44,810 nt of DNA from Candidatus Micrarchaeota archaeon (GCA_013425375.1 JACCLH010000009.1:1-44810), one strand, 5' to 3'; positions 1-8,042 are shown, numbered from the stretch's first letter. Program-made: numbers and translations. The notes: generated by a model from the letters alone, not told the origin.

Positions 1-144
1 GGAGAATGCGGCGTGGGGTTCGTCCTCATGATAGTTGCACTTATCCTGTTGATGCGGTCAAAGACACCTATAGTGAAGGTAACGGCGTCAAGGCCGCCAG
101 CGGTGAAGAAAGGCAAGGAACCAAAATCAGACGCCTATAGGTAG
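1..144 (+). CDS. 3-prime end of a CDS truncated by the window edge; C-terminal Cys + hydrophobic helix + basic tail (membrane anchor of a surface protein)
   Basis: Frame 1 is open from position 1 to TAG at 142-144. Translation is GECGVGFVLMIVALILLMRSKTPIVKVTASRPPAVKKGKEPKSDAYR: a hydrophobic span followed by a K/R-rich tail. Confidence 0.4.
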   Translation, partial: GECGVGFVLMIVALILLMRSKTPIVKVTASRPPAVKKGKEPKSDAYR

Positions 145-200
145 GATATGACGTCACCGTCTAATTTTTAAACATACATAGAGAGATAACAGCGGTAACG

Positions 201-1193
201 ATGAAGAGACCGTCCCAGACGTTAGCCCAAAAGGCGATGACGAGAAGAGTAGCTACTGAGTTACCACTTGATAACCAGCTCAGGTATGGGGAGATTCTCG
301 GATTCATAGCCGGGGATGGGAGTTTGGGAAAAACGCATAATGGCGTTTCATTTACGAATAGCGATTCTTATTGCATAGGGAGAATGTTGGGTAATTTTTC
401 AATCATATTCGGCACTAAAATTGCAGATTTTAGATTTTACCTTGGCATACCTGCAGCAACTCTTCCGAGTGCTGCGGATGAATATTGGAGAACTGAGATT
501 GGGGCGCCAGAAATCAAAATTAAAAACTACAAAAAAACGAAAAAAAGATTTGGATGGTTAAAGGCTGACATACATGATAAACAAATTAAGGAAAACATAA
601 AATCAGGCATCGAAAGGATTTTGAGCGGGGAAGAAACAGATGAAGCAATTCTGAGGGGCTTTCTGAGAGGCTTTTTTGCTGCTGAAGGGGCGATAATACC
701 TGGCAAATACAGAAGAGAGATACCAAATGCAGTCCAATTTCCTCAGAAAGGAAAACAGGTCCCACTCCGTATCCACGCCATACTCCGAAGTTTTGGAGTT
801 GAAAGTAGAGTAGTGATAAAACAAAAAAAAGCTGACTACTACTGTGCTAATATAACCGGGTTTGAGAACTATCAAAAGCTGGTTTCGTTAGGAATAGTTG
901 ATGTGCACCCAGAAAAAAAGCAACGTCTAACGGAAGGGTTGGGGGCATATAGAAAAATAGTGTCACGCAAGCTTGTGCTGCCAATCAAGCTACTAAAGAT
1001 TTTGTATGAGGAACCTAGAACAAGAACTCAGATTTATGCTGCAGTGGATTCTTACCCCCAAAGAGTGAATGGACTTCTTTATTCTAAGACAAGCTATCTC
1101 GTAAAGAACAAACTAATACAAAAAAACTGCTCGGAAGACGGAACTATCTTATGGAGCGTCACCGAGGCAGGACGTAGGCTGGCGCAGGAGTAG
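201..1193 (+). CDS. Free-standing double-motif LAGLIDADG homing endonuclease with a C-terminal winged-helix-like domain
   Basis: 330-aa ATG ORF with two LAGLIDADG-type motifs about 120 aa apart, ILGFIAGDGSLG and LRGFLRGFFAAEGAI, which keep the acidic D and E. The C-terminal segment (PRTRTQIYAAVDSYPQRVNGLLYSKTSYLVKNKLIQK...WSVTEAGRRL) looks like a wHTH. The gene is visibly AT-richer than its neighbours. Confidence 0.8.
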   Translation: MKRPSQTLAQKAMTRRVATELPLDNQLRYGEILGFIAGDGSLGKTHNGVSFTNSDSYCIGRMLGNFSIIFGTKIADFRFYLGIPAATLPSAADEYWRTEIGAPEIKIKNYKKTKKRFGWLKADIHDKQIKENIKSGIERILSGEETDEAILRGFLRGFFAAEGAIIPGKYRREIPNAVQFPQKGKQVPLRIHAILRSFGVESRVVIKQKKADYYCANITGFENYQKLVSLGIVDVHPEKKQRLTEGLGAYRKIVSRKLVLPIKLLKILYEEPRTRTQIYAAVDSYPQRVNGLLYSKTSYLVKNKLIQKNCSEDGTILWSVTEAGRRLAQE

Positions 1194-1228
1194 CTTCCGA
1201 GTTGCCATTTAATGCATATTGAGAACAG

Positions 1229-1771
1229 CTATTGGGTTGGGGCATGTTTCTCCATGCGGCGTCGTATCTCTGCGATTATCTCGTCCGCATTCTCGTCTGG
1301 CAGATATATGCGCAGGCCTGCCCCGCCTTCCGGGGTTAGGAAACCGCGCTCCCTGATGACGAGCACCCTAGAGCCGTCGTGGACGTCCTCTTTTGCACTT
1401 GCGATGTTCTCGAAATGATATTCCGCCCTTAGGCGCAGGCTGCGGAGGAGCTGGGATAGCCTCACCAACTCCCAGAAGACAGATTTTGCTTCGGATGAGT
1501 AAATTGTTTCATAGCTGATGCCCTCCGAATCCACGCTGTATTCAAAGAACTCGATTTTCCTCACGGCTGGAATAGCGAATACGAGGCCGATTACAAAGGC
1601 GGTAAGCGGAACTGCAGCAACGCAGAACATGCCATAATTGAGGGCGACAGCCGCAGCGAAAAGCATGACCGCCCCTAAGATATAGAAAAATAGTTTGCCA
1701 TAATACCTGCTGGAGGGTAAAGGCAAGTGTCTACTGCGAAACTTAAAGGTCTTGCCCAAAGACATAACCAT
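1229..1771 (-). CDS. Hypothetical membrane protein: two N-terminal TM helices plus a cytoplasmic C-terminal domain
   Basis: 180-aa ORF with hydrophobic spans FFYILGAVMLFAAAVALNYGMF and AAVPLTAFVIGLVFAIPAV. No family recognised. The overlapping + strand 68-aa ORF is Ser/Arg-rich and looks like junk. Confidence 0.6.
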   Translation of the reverse strand: MVMSLGKTFKFRSRHLPLPSSRYYGKLFFYILGAVMLFAAAVALNYGMFCVAAVPLTAFVIGLVFAIPAVRKIEFFEYSVDSEGISYETIYSSEAKSVFWELVRLSQLLRSLRLRAEYHFENIASAKEDVHDGSRVLVIRERGFLTPEGGAGLRIYLPDENADEIIAEIRRRMEKHAPTQ

Positions 1772-1811
1772 TATTATGCTTTATCCATATTATTAAGCGA
1801 GAGGTGGAGAC

Positions 1812-2555
1812 ATGAAACTAGTCATACAGGACGCTCCGGCGCTAAAGTCAGCAGTTGATTCTATCGTATGTCTGGTCGAAGAAGGCCAGTTCGAGGTCAA
1901 GGCCGACGGCCTGCACCTGAAGGCCATGGACCCTTCCCAGATATCTATGGTGTCGTTCACGATGCCTAAGGAGGCATTCCTGGAATACAACGTGTCAGAG
2001 GAGATGAAGCTGGGCCTGGATATAGGCCAGTTCGCCAATGTCCTGGCCAGGGGCAAGAAAGGCGAGAAAGCAGAGCTTTCCGTGGAGGAGGGCAGGCTGG
2101 TCGTCAAGTTCTTCGGAGAGAAGCATAAGAGAACCTTCAAGGTGCCTCTCATAGAGAGCGGGGACCGGGTGCAGAAGGAGCCCAAGATAGAGTTCAAGAA
2201 CAGCGCCAAGATAAGGGCAGACGCCATCAAGGAGACGCTGAAGGACGCCAAGCTCATCAGCTCGCATGTGAGGCTTCAGCTCACCCCTGAGCAGTTCATA
2301 GTGGATGTGAGGGGTGAGAACGGGGATGTGAAGGCGGAATTCGACAAGGGCGGAAGCGATCTTGTGGAGCTCAACTCCAACAGCCCTGCCAAGGCGACTT
2401 TCCCGCTCCAGTATCTGGAGGATATGGTGAAGGCGACTTCAGCTTCATCAGTCGTCATGGTGAACCTGGAGACCGACAGGCCGCTCAGACTGGAATACGA
2501 TGTGGAAGGCGCCCATGTGGTGTATTACCTGGCCCCCAGGATAGAAACAGACTAA
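1812..2555 (+). CDS. pcn: DNA polymerase sliding clamp (PCNA)
   Basis: 247 aa with GAGGTGG 5 nt upstream of the ATG. Typical archaeal PCNA length and pattern throughout (LKSAVDSIVCLVEEGQFEVKADGLHLKAMDPSQISMV..., FPLQYLEDMVKA..., YYLAPRIE). Confidence 0.95.
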   Translation: MKLVIQDAPALKSAVDSIVCLVEEGQFEVKADGLHLKAMDPSQISMVSFTMPKEAFLEYNVSEEMKLGLDIGQFANVLARGKKGEKAELSVEEGRLVVKFFGEKHKRTFKVPLIESGDRVQKEPKIEFKNSAKIRADAIKETLKDAKLISSHVRLQLTPEQFIVDVRGENGDVKAEFDKGGSDLVELNSNSPAKATFPLQYLEDMVKATSASSVVMVNLETDRPLRLEYDVEGAHVVYYLAPRIETD

Positions 2556-2648
2556 TACGTCGATTGACGGATATTGTGACATAAGTTTAAATAGAGAAGG
2601 TGGCATAAAATATACATTCGTAGGACCAGTGTCCATGGGAGAGACAAT

Positions 2649-3524
2649 ATGAAAAAGACAGAATATTCGTTCGTGCAAGAGGCTGAGGATGTGCTCCATA
2701 CTCTGGATGCCAGCAAGCATGACGATTATGATTTGCCGGAGTTCTCCAAGGAGGTGCCAGCCGCATCCAGGAAGCATGAGAGCGGCGACACTGTCACTGT
2801 CGAGTATGACTGGAAGGAGTCCAAGAACGAAAGCATAAGGGTCAAGAGGATAGATTTCAGGAAGGGCGAGGACCTGGATGGCCTCTATAGGGTGGCTGCC
2901 AGGGATGGCGCAGACAGCATCTGTTTCAAGCACAATAACAATACTTACATCATAAGGAAAACCGTCCGGGAGATCGCCCAGGCGCTCTACAACGCATATG
3001 GCAAGATAAAGGGCGCCATTGAGTCGGTCATCGGCTATATCAGGACGGTATTGGGCCATGAGTACGTCCTGGCCAAGGTGGAAGGCCCGGCATGGGCTTT
3101 CGACAAGAGGATAAGCAAGGAAAGCGTGACTTATGTGGACGTGGACAACCTTGACCGGAAGTCCAAAAGCAAACTCTGTGAGATGGTCGCTGAGAGGATA
3201 TCCGAGCTCCATGCGACTAATGTGATCATAGGGAGGTTCACGCTTAACAACATACTTCTCGGGAACAACGACGTAAGGTTCACTGACCTTAGGAAGCTGA
3301 GGGTGTCCAGGAAGCGGTCGTTCGTCATAGACGAGTTCAAGAGCATACTCCAATACCTGTTCGCCATAGGCGTGGCTTCACGCGAGGACGTCTATTGCGC
3401 GATAGCTTATTATGCAGCCCAGAACGAGGATGGCTGTGAAGAGTGGTACCAGGACAAGACAGGCAAGAAAGCAGCTGACCAGCTGGATATCGCTTCTAGG
3501 ATAGAGCAGGAGATCTACAGCTAG
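2649..3524 (+). CDS. Hypothetical protein with a Bud32/RIO/Kdo-kinase-like C-terminal lobe whose catalytic motifs are degenerate (predicted pseudokinase)
   Basis: 291-aa ATG ORF. The segment ISELHATNVIIGRFTLNNILLGNNDVRFTDLRKLRV aligns by eye with the small-kinase pattern LH..G..HGDL...NIL......IDFG, but HGD is IGR and DFG is DLR. The antisense 301-aa ORF overlaps the PCNA 3-prime end and is rejected. Confidence 0.6.
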   Translation: MKKTEYSFVQEAEDVLHTLDASKHDDYDLPEFSKEVPAASRKHESGDTVTVEYDWKESKNESIRVKRIDFRKGEDLDGLYRVAARDGADSICFKHNNNTYIIRKTVREIAQALYNAYGKIKGAIESVIGYIRTVLGHEYVLAKVEGPAWAFDKRISKESVTYVDVDNLDRKSKSKLCEMVAERISELHATNVIIGRFTLNNILLGNNDVRFTDLRKLRVSRKRSFVIDEFKSILQYLFAIGVASREDVYCAIAYYAAQNEDGCEEWYQDKTGKKAADQLDIASRIEQEIYS

Positions 3525-5824
3525 GCGCTTTCTATCTTCGTCTCCCCATTCCTCTCTTTGTCACGTGTCAGCCTGTAGCTTGCGGCGAAGTCAGAACCCA
3601 TGAATGCCTCGTCGTGGGTGATGACAAAGGTCTGTTTCACGACTTCCGGCACCTTGGACTGCAGGGCTAATGAGAGCATCTCCACTGCTTCTGAATCCAG
3701 GTTATGTGTGGGCTCGTCCAGGATAAGCCAGCTCAGACGCGGGGTGAGGACCATGGCCAGAGCGATTCTCAGGGCTAATGCAGCACTGGCACGCTCTCCG
3801 CCGCTGGCGACCGTCTCCAGACCTTTCCATGCAGAGCCGTCATTGACCTCGAAGATATAGTCTTTTTCGCTGACACCCAGACGCAGGGAATGGTAGTTGC
3901 GGTAGGGGTAGAACATGCCCCAGATCTCGTTCATGGCAGTGTTTATGGCCTCTGCAAGGCTCAGGCGGAGGTTTGCCTGGGTCTCCAGGAGGGCATTCCT
4001 GTAGATTGAAAGCTGCTCTTCTAGTTTGGCAAGGTCTACTATGTCATTTTCCAATGCCCGTATGGTGGTTAGTTCTTCCCGGACGAGCTTCAGGATGTCT
4101 GATGAGGATTTGAGCTGGGCCTCTGACGCGCGTTTTGACGATAGGGCGCGTTCGGCTTCAAGCCCTGACTTCTCTGCTGCAGAACGGAGCTCCTCGAAGG
4201 CCTTTTCGTCGAACTTCGTCTGGGCGAGCTGCTCTTTTGTGATGGCAAGGCGTTTGGATATGGCGGCTAACTCGGCCTTCTTCCCCACCAATGAGCGGAC
4301 TGTGCTCGCTTCCACCTTCAACCTCTCGATGGTGTCGGAAAGCGCGTCTGCCTTTTTCCTTATATCTTCCCGCGCTACCCAGGCTTTCGCGATTTCTGCT
4401 TCCAGAACGGCCTTCCTTGGCTGTAGTCCCTCTGCGGCTTTGGCTTCGACCTCCAGACCAGTGGTTTTTTCAGACAGGATGGAGACCTTCCTTGTGCGTG
4501 TGGCGAGGTCCTCGTTGGCTCTTTTGGAGGTTATCAGGAGACCGGATATCTCGGCCACGCGGGCTTTTTTGGTTTTGGTGGCGCTTTCCTTCTCGGATTT
4601 CACATGAGAGATGCCGTCTTCGGTGAGCTTGGCTGAGCATAATGGGCATTCGGAGAGGCCTGGTTTGAGCCGTTGCATGGCTTCATTGAGTTCTGTGAGT
4701 TCGCGCTCAATGGATTTGCGCTCGGATTCTAAAGAGATAAGGGACTGTTCGGCGTCTTTCTGCTGCTTTGACAGCGTTTCCATGGTCTGATTGGCCAGAA
4801 GCGAGGTGAGTTCTGCGCGGGTGGTTGCCAGTTTGGCCGAAGCTTCGGAAGCAGCCCTGAGTTTGGCCTCTATGGAGCCGGACTCCTTGGAAATGGTGGA
4901 TGCCTGCTCTTCTGCTGATTTCATGGATGAATTGAGTTTGGAGCGCTCCTCGGCCAGGGATTTGAGCTTGGTTTCCAGCTCCTTAAGGGAAGCCTCGTCC
5001 ACTGCCTGGCCTTCCAGCTCTTTTATAAGGGATTCCTGCTGCGCAGAGAGGCGGACGGCTTCCTTATCCAGCCTTTCGAACTGCTCCCTGGTTTTGCGCA
5101 TGGCTTCCAGGCGTGAGGAGAGCGATTGAGCCAGCCTGGCCTGGGTTTCGTATGCAAGGGAGGCCTCCTTGAGAAGGATTTCCGCCTGCGCCTGGACGCT
5201 GGTTTGCGTCTTCTCTTTCGCCTCAAGCTCCATGACCCGCTCCTTGCTGAAGCGCTCCTCAAGGACCTGCCTTTTGGATTTTGTCCGGTGTATGACCGTG
5301 ACGATGTTGGCCCGGGCGGTCTCGAACTTGTCCAGCCCCAGGAGGGCATCCACCTCTTCTTTCCTTCTGCCAGGGTCCAGGGTGAGGAAGTAGTCCAGAT
5401 TATTCTGCTCGGCGTAGATGGCCCTGGTGAAAAGGTCGTAATCCAGGGCCATGAGGGAGCTTATGGCTGATGTCACTGCGACAGGACCGTGCTCGATGAG
5501 GAAGTTGTCGCGGTAAAGCTCGGCCTTGGAGGATGTGCCTTTCTTTGAGCGCTCTATGGAGCGTTCGGAGCGGTAGAGATGGTTGTCCCATTCGAATTCC
5601 AGGATGATTGTGGCTTTGGGCTCGTTGAGGCGGACGACGTTGTCCAGCTTGAGCTTCCTGCGTTCCAGGGCAGGGAAGGTGCCGAACAGTGCGAATGAGA
5701 TGCCTTCCAGTACTGACGATTTTCCAGCGCCCATAATTCCTACCAGGAGGTTGGTGCCCTGACGGAACTCGAGCTTGGTGTCAGAATGCGAGCGCCAGTT
5801 GAGAAGCCGGATGGACTTTATCAT
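3521..5824 (-). CDS. rad50: DNA double-strand break repair ATPase Rad50
   Basis: 767 aa. N-terminus LNWRSHSDTKLEFRQGTNLLVGIMGAGKSSVLEGI (Walker A), long coiled coils, zinc hook CPLC, signature SGGERASAALALRIA, Walker B LILDEPTHNLD. Confidence 0.93.
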   Translation of the reverse strand: MIKSIRLLNWRSHSDTKLEFRQGTNLLVGIMGAGKSSVLEGISFALFGTFPALERRKLKLDNVVRLNEPKATIILEFEWDNHLYRSERSIERSKKGTSSKAELYRDNFLIEHGPVAVTSAISSLMALDYDLFTRAIYAEQNNLDYFLTLDPGRRKEEVDALLGLDKFETARANIVTVIHRTKSKRQVLEERFSKERVMELEAKEKTQTSVQAQAEILLKEASLAYETQARLAQSLSSRLEAMRKTREQFERLDKEAVRLSAQQESLIKELEGQAVDEASLKELETKLKSLAEERSKLNSSMKSAEEQASTISKESGSIEAKLRAASEASAKLATTRAELTSLLANQTMETLSKQQKDAEQSLISLESERKSIERELTELNEAMQRLKPGLSECPLCSAKLTEDGISHVKSEKESATKTKKARVAEISGLLITSKRANEDLATRTRKVSILSEKTTGLEVEAKAAEGLQPRKAVLEAEIAKAWVAREDIRKKADALSDTIERLKVEASTVRSLVGKKAELAAISKRLAITKEQLAQTKFDEKAFEELRSAAEKSGLEAERALSSKRASEAQLKSSSDILKLVREELTTIRALENDIVDLAKLEEQLSIYRNALLETQANLRLSLAEAINTAMNEIWGMFYPYRNYHSLRLGVSEKDYIFEVNDGSAWKGLETVASGGERASAALALRIALAMVLTPRLSWLILDEPTHNLDSEAVEMLSLALQSKVPEVVKQTFVITHDEAFMGSDFAASYRLTRDKERNGETKIESA

Positions 5825-5847
5825 CTGAGAATAGTTAGGCGGAAGGG

Positions 5848-5854
5848 AATTAAA
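5848..5854. promoter_or_regulatory. TATA-like box AATTAAA / TTTAATT, possibly bidirectional (leaderless rad50 on the - strand, RNA candidate on the + strand)
   Basis: The A/T heptamer is centred about 27 nt from the rad50 ATG (5824) and about 27 nt from the GTGATGA box starting at 5879. The palindrome CCATACAGTATGG (5861-5873) lies next to it. Confidence 0.35.
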
Positions 5855-5878
5855 CCAGTTCCATACAGTATGGTATCT

Positions 5879-6102
5879 GTGATGACTAAGGGCTTGGACT
5901 GCGGTCCAAGTTTGGCCATCACTCCGTGATGACCAAGGTGATCACTGAGCTGTTTCCCTAAGCCAGCGCTCCGGTAGCGTGTCAACGCTTCAGGGGCCAG
6001 GAAGCAATTCCGGCCACGGAATGATCAAAACGCGCGAGCGTTTTGGTCTGTTGTGGCGCGAAAGCGCCACAGCAAAGCGATGACGATTGACGTGCGGTCT
6101 GA
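5879..6102 (+). ncRNA. Candidate structured non-coding RNA (unclassified; box C/D-like termini)
   Basis: The spacer has no ORF of 60 aa or more. Six hairpins: 5893-5910 (7 bp, loop UGCG); 5912-5936 (10 bp + 1 mismatch); 5976-5989 (5 bp); 5995-6015 (8 bp, loop GCAA); 6023-6048 (11 bp, loop GCGA); 6049-6074 (11 bp, loop GAAA). The loops are GNRA/UNCG only on the + strand. GUGAUGA occurs at 5879-5885 and 5926-5932, GCGAUGA at 6077-6083, and CUGA at 5945-5948 and 6099-6102. Confidence 0.4.
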
Positions 6103-6135
6103 TTATATTTTATACCATGACTGGGCTATCACGCC

Positions 6136-6705
6136 ATGGAACTTGGCAAGACGCTCTATGTCGCTGATAGGAAAGCCTGGCGCACGTGGCTTTCCAGGCA
6201 CCACGGAAGGGCAAAGGAGATCTGGCTGATTTACTACAAAAAATCATCAGGCAAAGCGAGGATTCCGTACAACGACGCTGTGGATGAGGCGTTGTGCTTC
6301 GGCTGGATAGACAGCATCGTCAAGAAAGTTGATGATGAACGGTTCGCCCAGAGGTTCTCCCCGAGAAGACGCGGAAGCGTGCTTTCGCAGCTGAACAAGG
6401 AACGCATCAGGAAGCTGGTTCTTGAGAAGAGGATGACCGGAGCCGGGCTCAGGGCGGTCGCGCATGCGTATGATGGCGGGTCGGACCACGGAACTGCCTG
6501 GATTCCCGTGGATGTGGCTAGGGCGATGCGGAGATGCCCTGCCGCGTGGAGGAATTTCCAGAAGTTCCCGGAGAGCTACAAGAGGATACGCATCGCATAT
6601 CTGGAAGGCCGCAGGAGGCAGGGCGCAGAACCGTTCCGCAGAAGCCTTGGATATCTGGTGAGGATGACCGCTAAGGACAAACGGTTCGGATTCGTGAGGG
6701 AATGA
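6136..6705 (+). CDS. YdeI/OmpD-associated family protein (DUF1801-related)
   Basis: 189 aa. WRTWLSRHH...EIWLIYYKK.SGK..IPYNDAVDEALCFGWIDS and the C-terminal FPESYKRIRIAYLEGRRR match the YdeI family pattern. TATA-like TTATATTTTATA at 6103-6114 is about 25 nt upstream of the ATG. Confidence 0.75.
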   Translation: MELGKTLYVADRKAWRTWLSRHHGRAKEIWLIYYKKSSGKARIPYNDAVDEALCFGWIDSIVKKVDDERFAQRFSPRRRGSVLSQLNKERIRKLVLEKRMTGAGLRAVAHAYDGGSDHGTAWIPVDVARAMRRCPAAWRNFQKFPESYKRIRIAYLEGRRRQGAEPFRRSLGYLVRMTAKDKRFGFVRE

Positions 6706-6771
6706 TAATGCCAACGTGGGCGGGCAGGGCTATCAAAATCAGGTTCTTTTTCGATAATCACATGACGCATC

Positions 6772-7920
6772 CTACTGCATGCCGAGTAGGGATTTGAAGA
6801 ACGCGATTATCGCTTCAAGCAGGTCGCGCATCATACCGCGGTACTCGTTCGAAGTGCCATTCTGTGACTGGTTGCCAAGCGTCAAGTTCATATTTTTTTC
6901 AGGCAGTTCGCCTTGCCATGGCAGCGTCGCGGTTTGCTGGCTTGCGTTCTGCGTCTGGTTTTGTGGCTGAGGGCAATCCGCGGCAGTATCCACGCAGGTT
7001 CCATCAGGACAGACGACCGCGCCAGGGCATGGAGAAACGATCAGGGGCAATGGGTCTGATGAAGAGCCGAACGTGTATGGGGTGTCACCTATGCCGTCGT
7101 TGTCAGCGTCCGTGCCAGCATAATCGCTCCATGAGTTGCCGCCGAGCTGGTCTCCTCCGATGATGTTGGCACCTGGCGTCTTTGCTATGCTCCAGTTATT
7201 GCTGCTGCCTGCGGAGTAGGCGTTGTTTCCATTCTCGAACAGGTTGTTGTAGATGAGATTGTTGTTGCTGTTGAAGGAATAGATGCCGTATTCAGCGTTA
7301 TTCCTTATGGTGTTGCCAGTGAAGGTGTTATTGTCGACCTGGTTGAGCTCGACGCCTTTTTTTGCGAACCCTTCTATCGTGTTCCCGCTAAATTCGTTGA
7401 ACTCGCTCCTCCAGCCTTCGGGGCTTCTTTCTAAGGTAAGGCCATTGTAGGAGCCAGATATGATTCTGTTGTTCCTTATCACGTTGTATTTTGCTCCGGT
7501 GACTGTGAAACCGGTGCTGCTACCTGTGATGTTGTTGTTCTCAATCGTGTTATAGTAGGCGAGGTTCACGATCATGCCATGATGGTAGTTCTGGATATTG
7601 CAGTTTTTCACGGTGATATACGGCTGGTACGAGTACGGCATGGAGGCGCTTCTGCCGATGTAGACACCGACCCCGCCGCCATTACCGACTAGTGTCGCGC
7701 CATCGCAGTCCAGCGTCACAAAGAGATTGGACACCACCAGGCCGCCGTCCAATGCATAAGTTCCTGGGCAGAGTGTCGCGTTGTGCGTCACTTCAAGAGT
7801 TGTCGGAGACCATGGATTTATCTTGGTTCCGTAGGTATCAGGATTGTTCAGGTCAACGCAGTCAGCAAGAGCGAGCGGCGTAAGGCACAATATTGATAGC
7901 AGGAACAGGAGTTTTTTCAT
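6772..7920 (-). CDS. Secreted right-handed parallel beta-helix (PbH1/NosD-like) repeat protein
   Basis: Start trimmed to the internal ATG giving signal peptide MKKLLFLLSILCLTPLALA. Repeated N..I.GN / NN.I.. beta-helix rungs, then SWSDYAGTDADNDGIGDTPY, typical of NosD-like proteins. Cys-rich CPGAVVCPDGTCVDTAADCP and an N/Q/T-rich tail follow. Confidence 0.8.
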   Translation of the reverse strand: MKKLLFLLSILCLTPLALADCVDLNNPDTYGTKINPWSPTTLEVTHNATLCPGTYALDGGLVVSNLFVTLDCDGATLVGNGGGVGVYIGRSASMPYSYQPYITVKNCNIQNYHHGMIVNLAYYNTIENNNITGSSTGFTVTGAKYNVIRNNRIISGSYNGLTLERSPEGWRSEFNEFSGNTIEGFAKKGVELNQVDNNTFTGNTIRNNAEYGIYSFNSNNNLIYNNLFENGNNAYSAGSSNNWSIAKTPGANIIGGDQLGGNSWSDYAGTDADNDGIGDTPYTFGSSSDPLPLIVSPCPGAVVCPDGTCVDTAADCPQPQNQTQNASQQTATLPWQGELPEKNMNLTLGNQSQNGTSNEYRGMMRDLLEAIIAFFKSLLGMQ

Positions 7921-8042
7921 AGGACCGCACCAACCAGCATTTCTGGACGGGATGTTTTCTGTATATCCGCTATCTCCTGGAAGGATTAAGAAAGCTCCGA
8001 GGCCGGATAGCAATATATGCTTTGCTGGAGTGGTATGTTTTG

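Noticed and set aside
2448-3353. 301-aa minus-strand ORF
   Set aside because: It overlaps the PCNA 3-prime end and is antisense to the more protein-like + strand ORF that carries the kinase-like motif. Its P/V/H-rich composition is typical of a shadow frame.
4026-5470. Cluster of 74-193-aa ORFs on the plus strand (and one on the minus strand) within rad50
   Set aside because: They are artefacts of the stop-poor, repetitive codon usage of the Rad50 coiled coil. All are S/R/A-rich.
6028-6040. 13-mer AAACGCGCGAGCG shared with 26844-26856 (rpe tail), considered as evidence for a dispersed repeat family
   Set aside because: For a 45-kb window on both strands, a handful of exact 13-mer coincidences is expected by chance. 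The flanks do not align.
5825-6135. Assignment of the structured spacer to SRP (7S) RNA, RNase P RNA, or an intron-containing tRNA
   Set aside because: I could not find the helix-8 GGAA/AGCA SRP motif, the RNase P GGAAAGUCC / ACAGAA P4 elements, or a T-loop (GTTCGAATC-like) or acceptor pairing. It is kept only as an unclassified RNA candidate.
7921-8013. 31-codon extension upstream of the beta-helix protein signal peptide
   Set aside because: The extension would bury the signal peptide and eat into the divergent aqpZ promoter. ATG 7920 gives a canonical MKK-hydrophobic-ALA leader.
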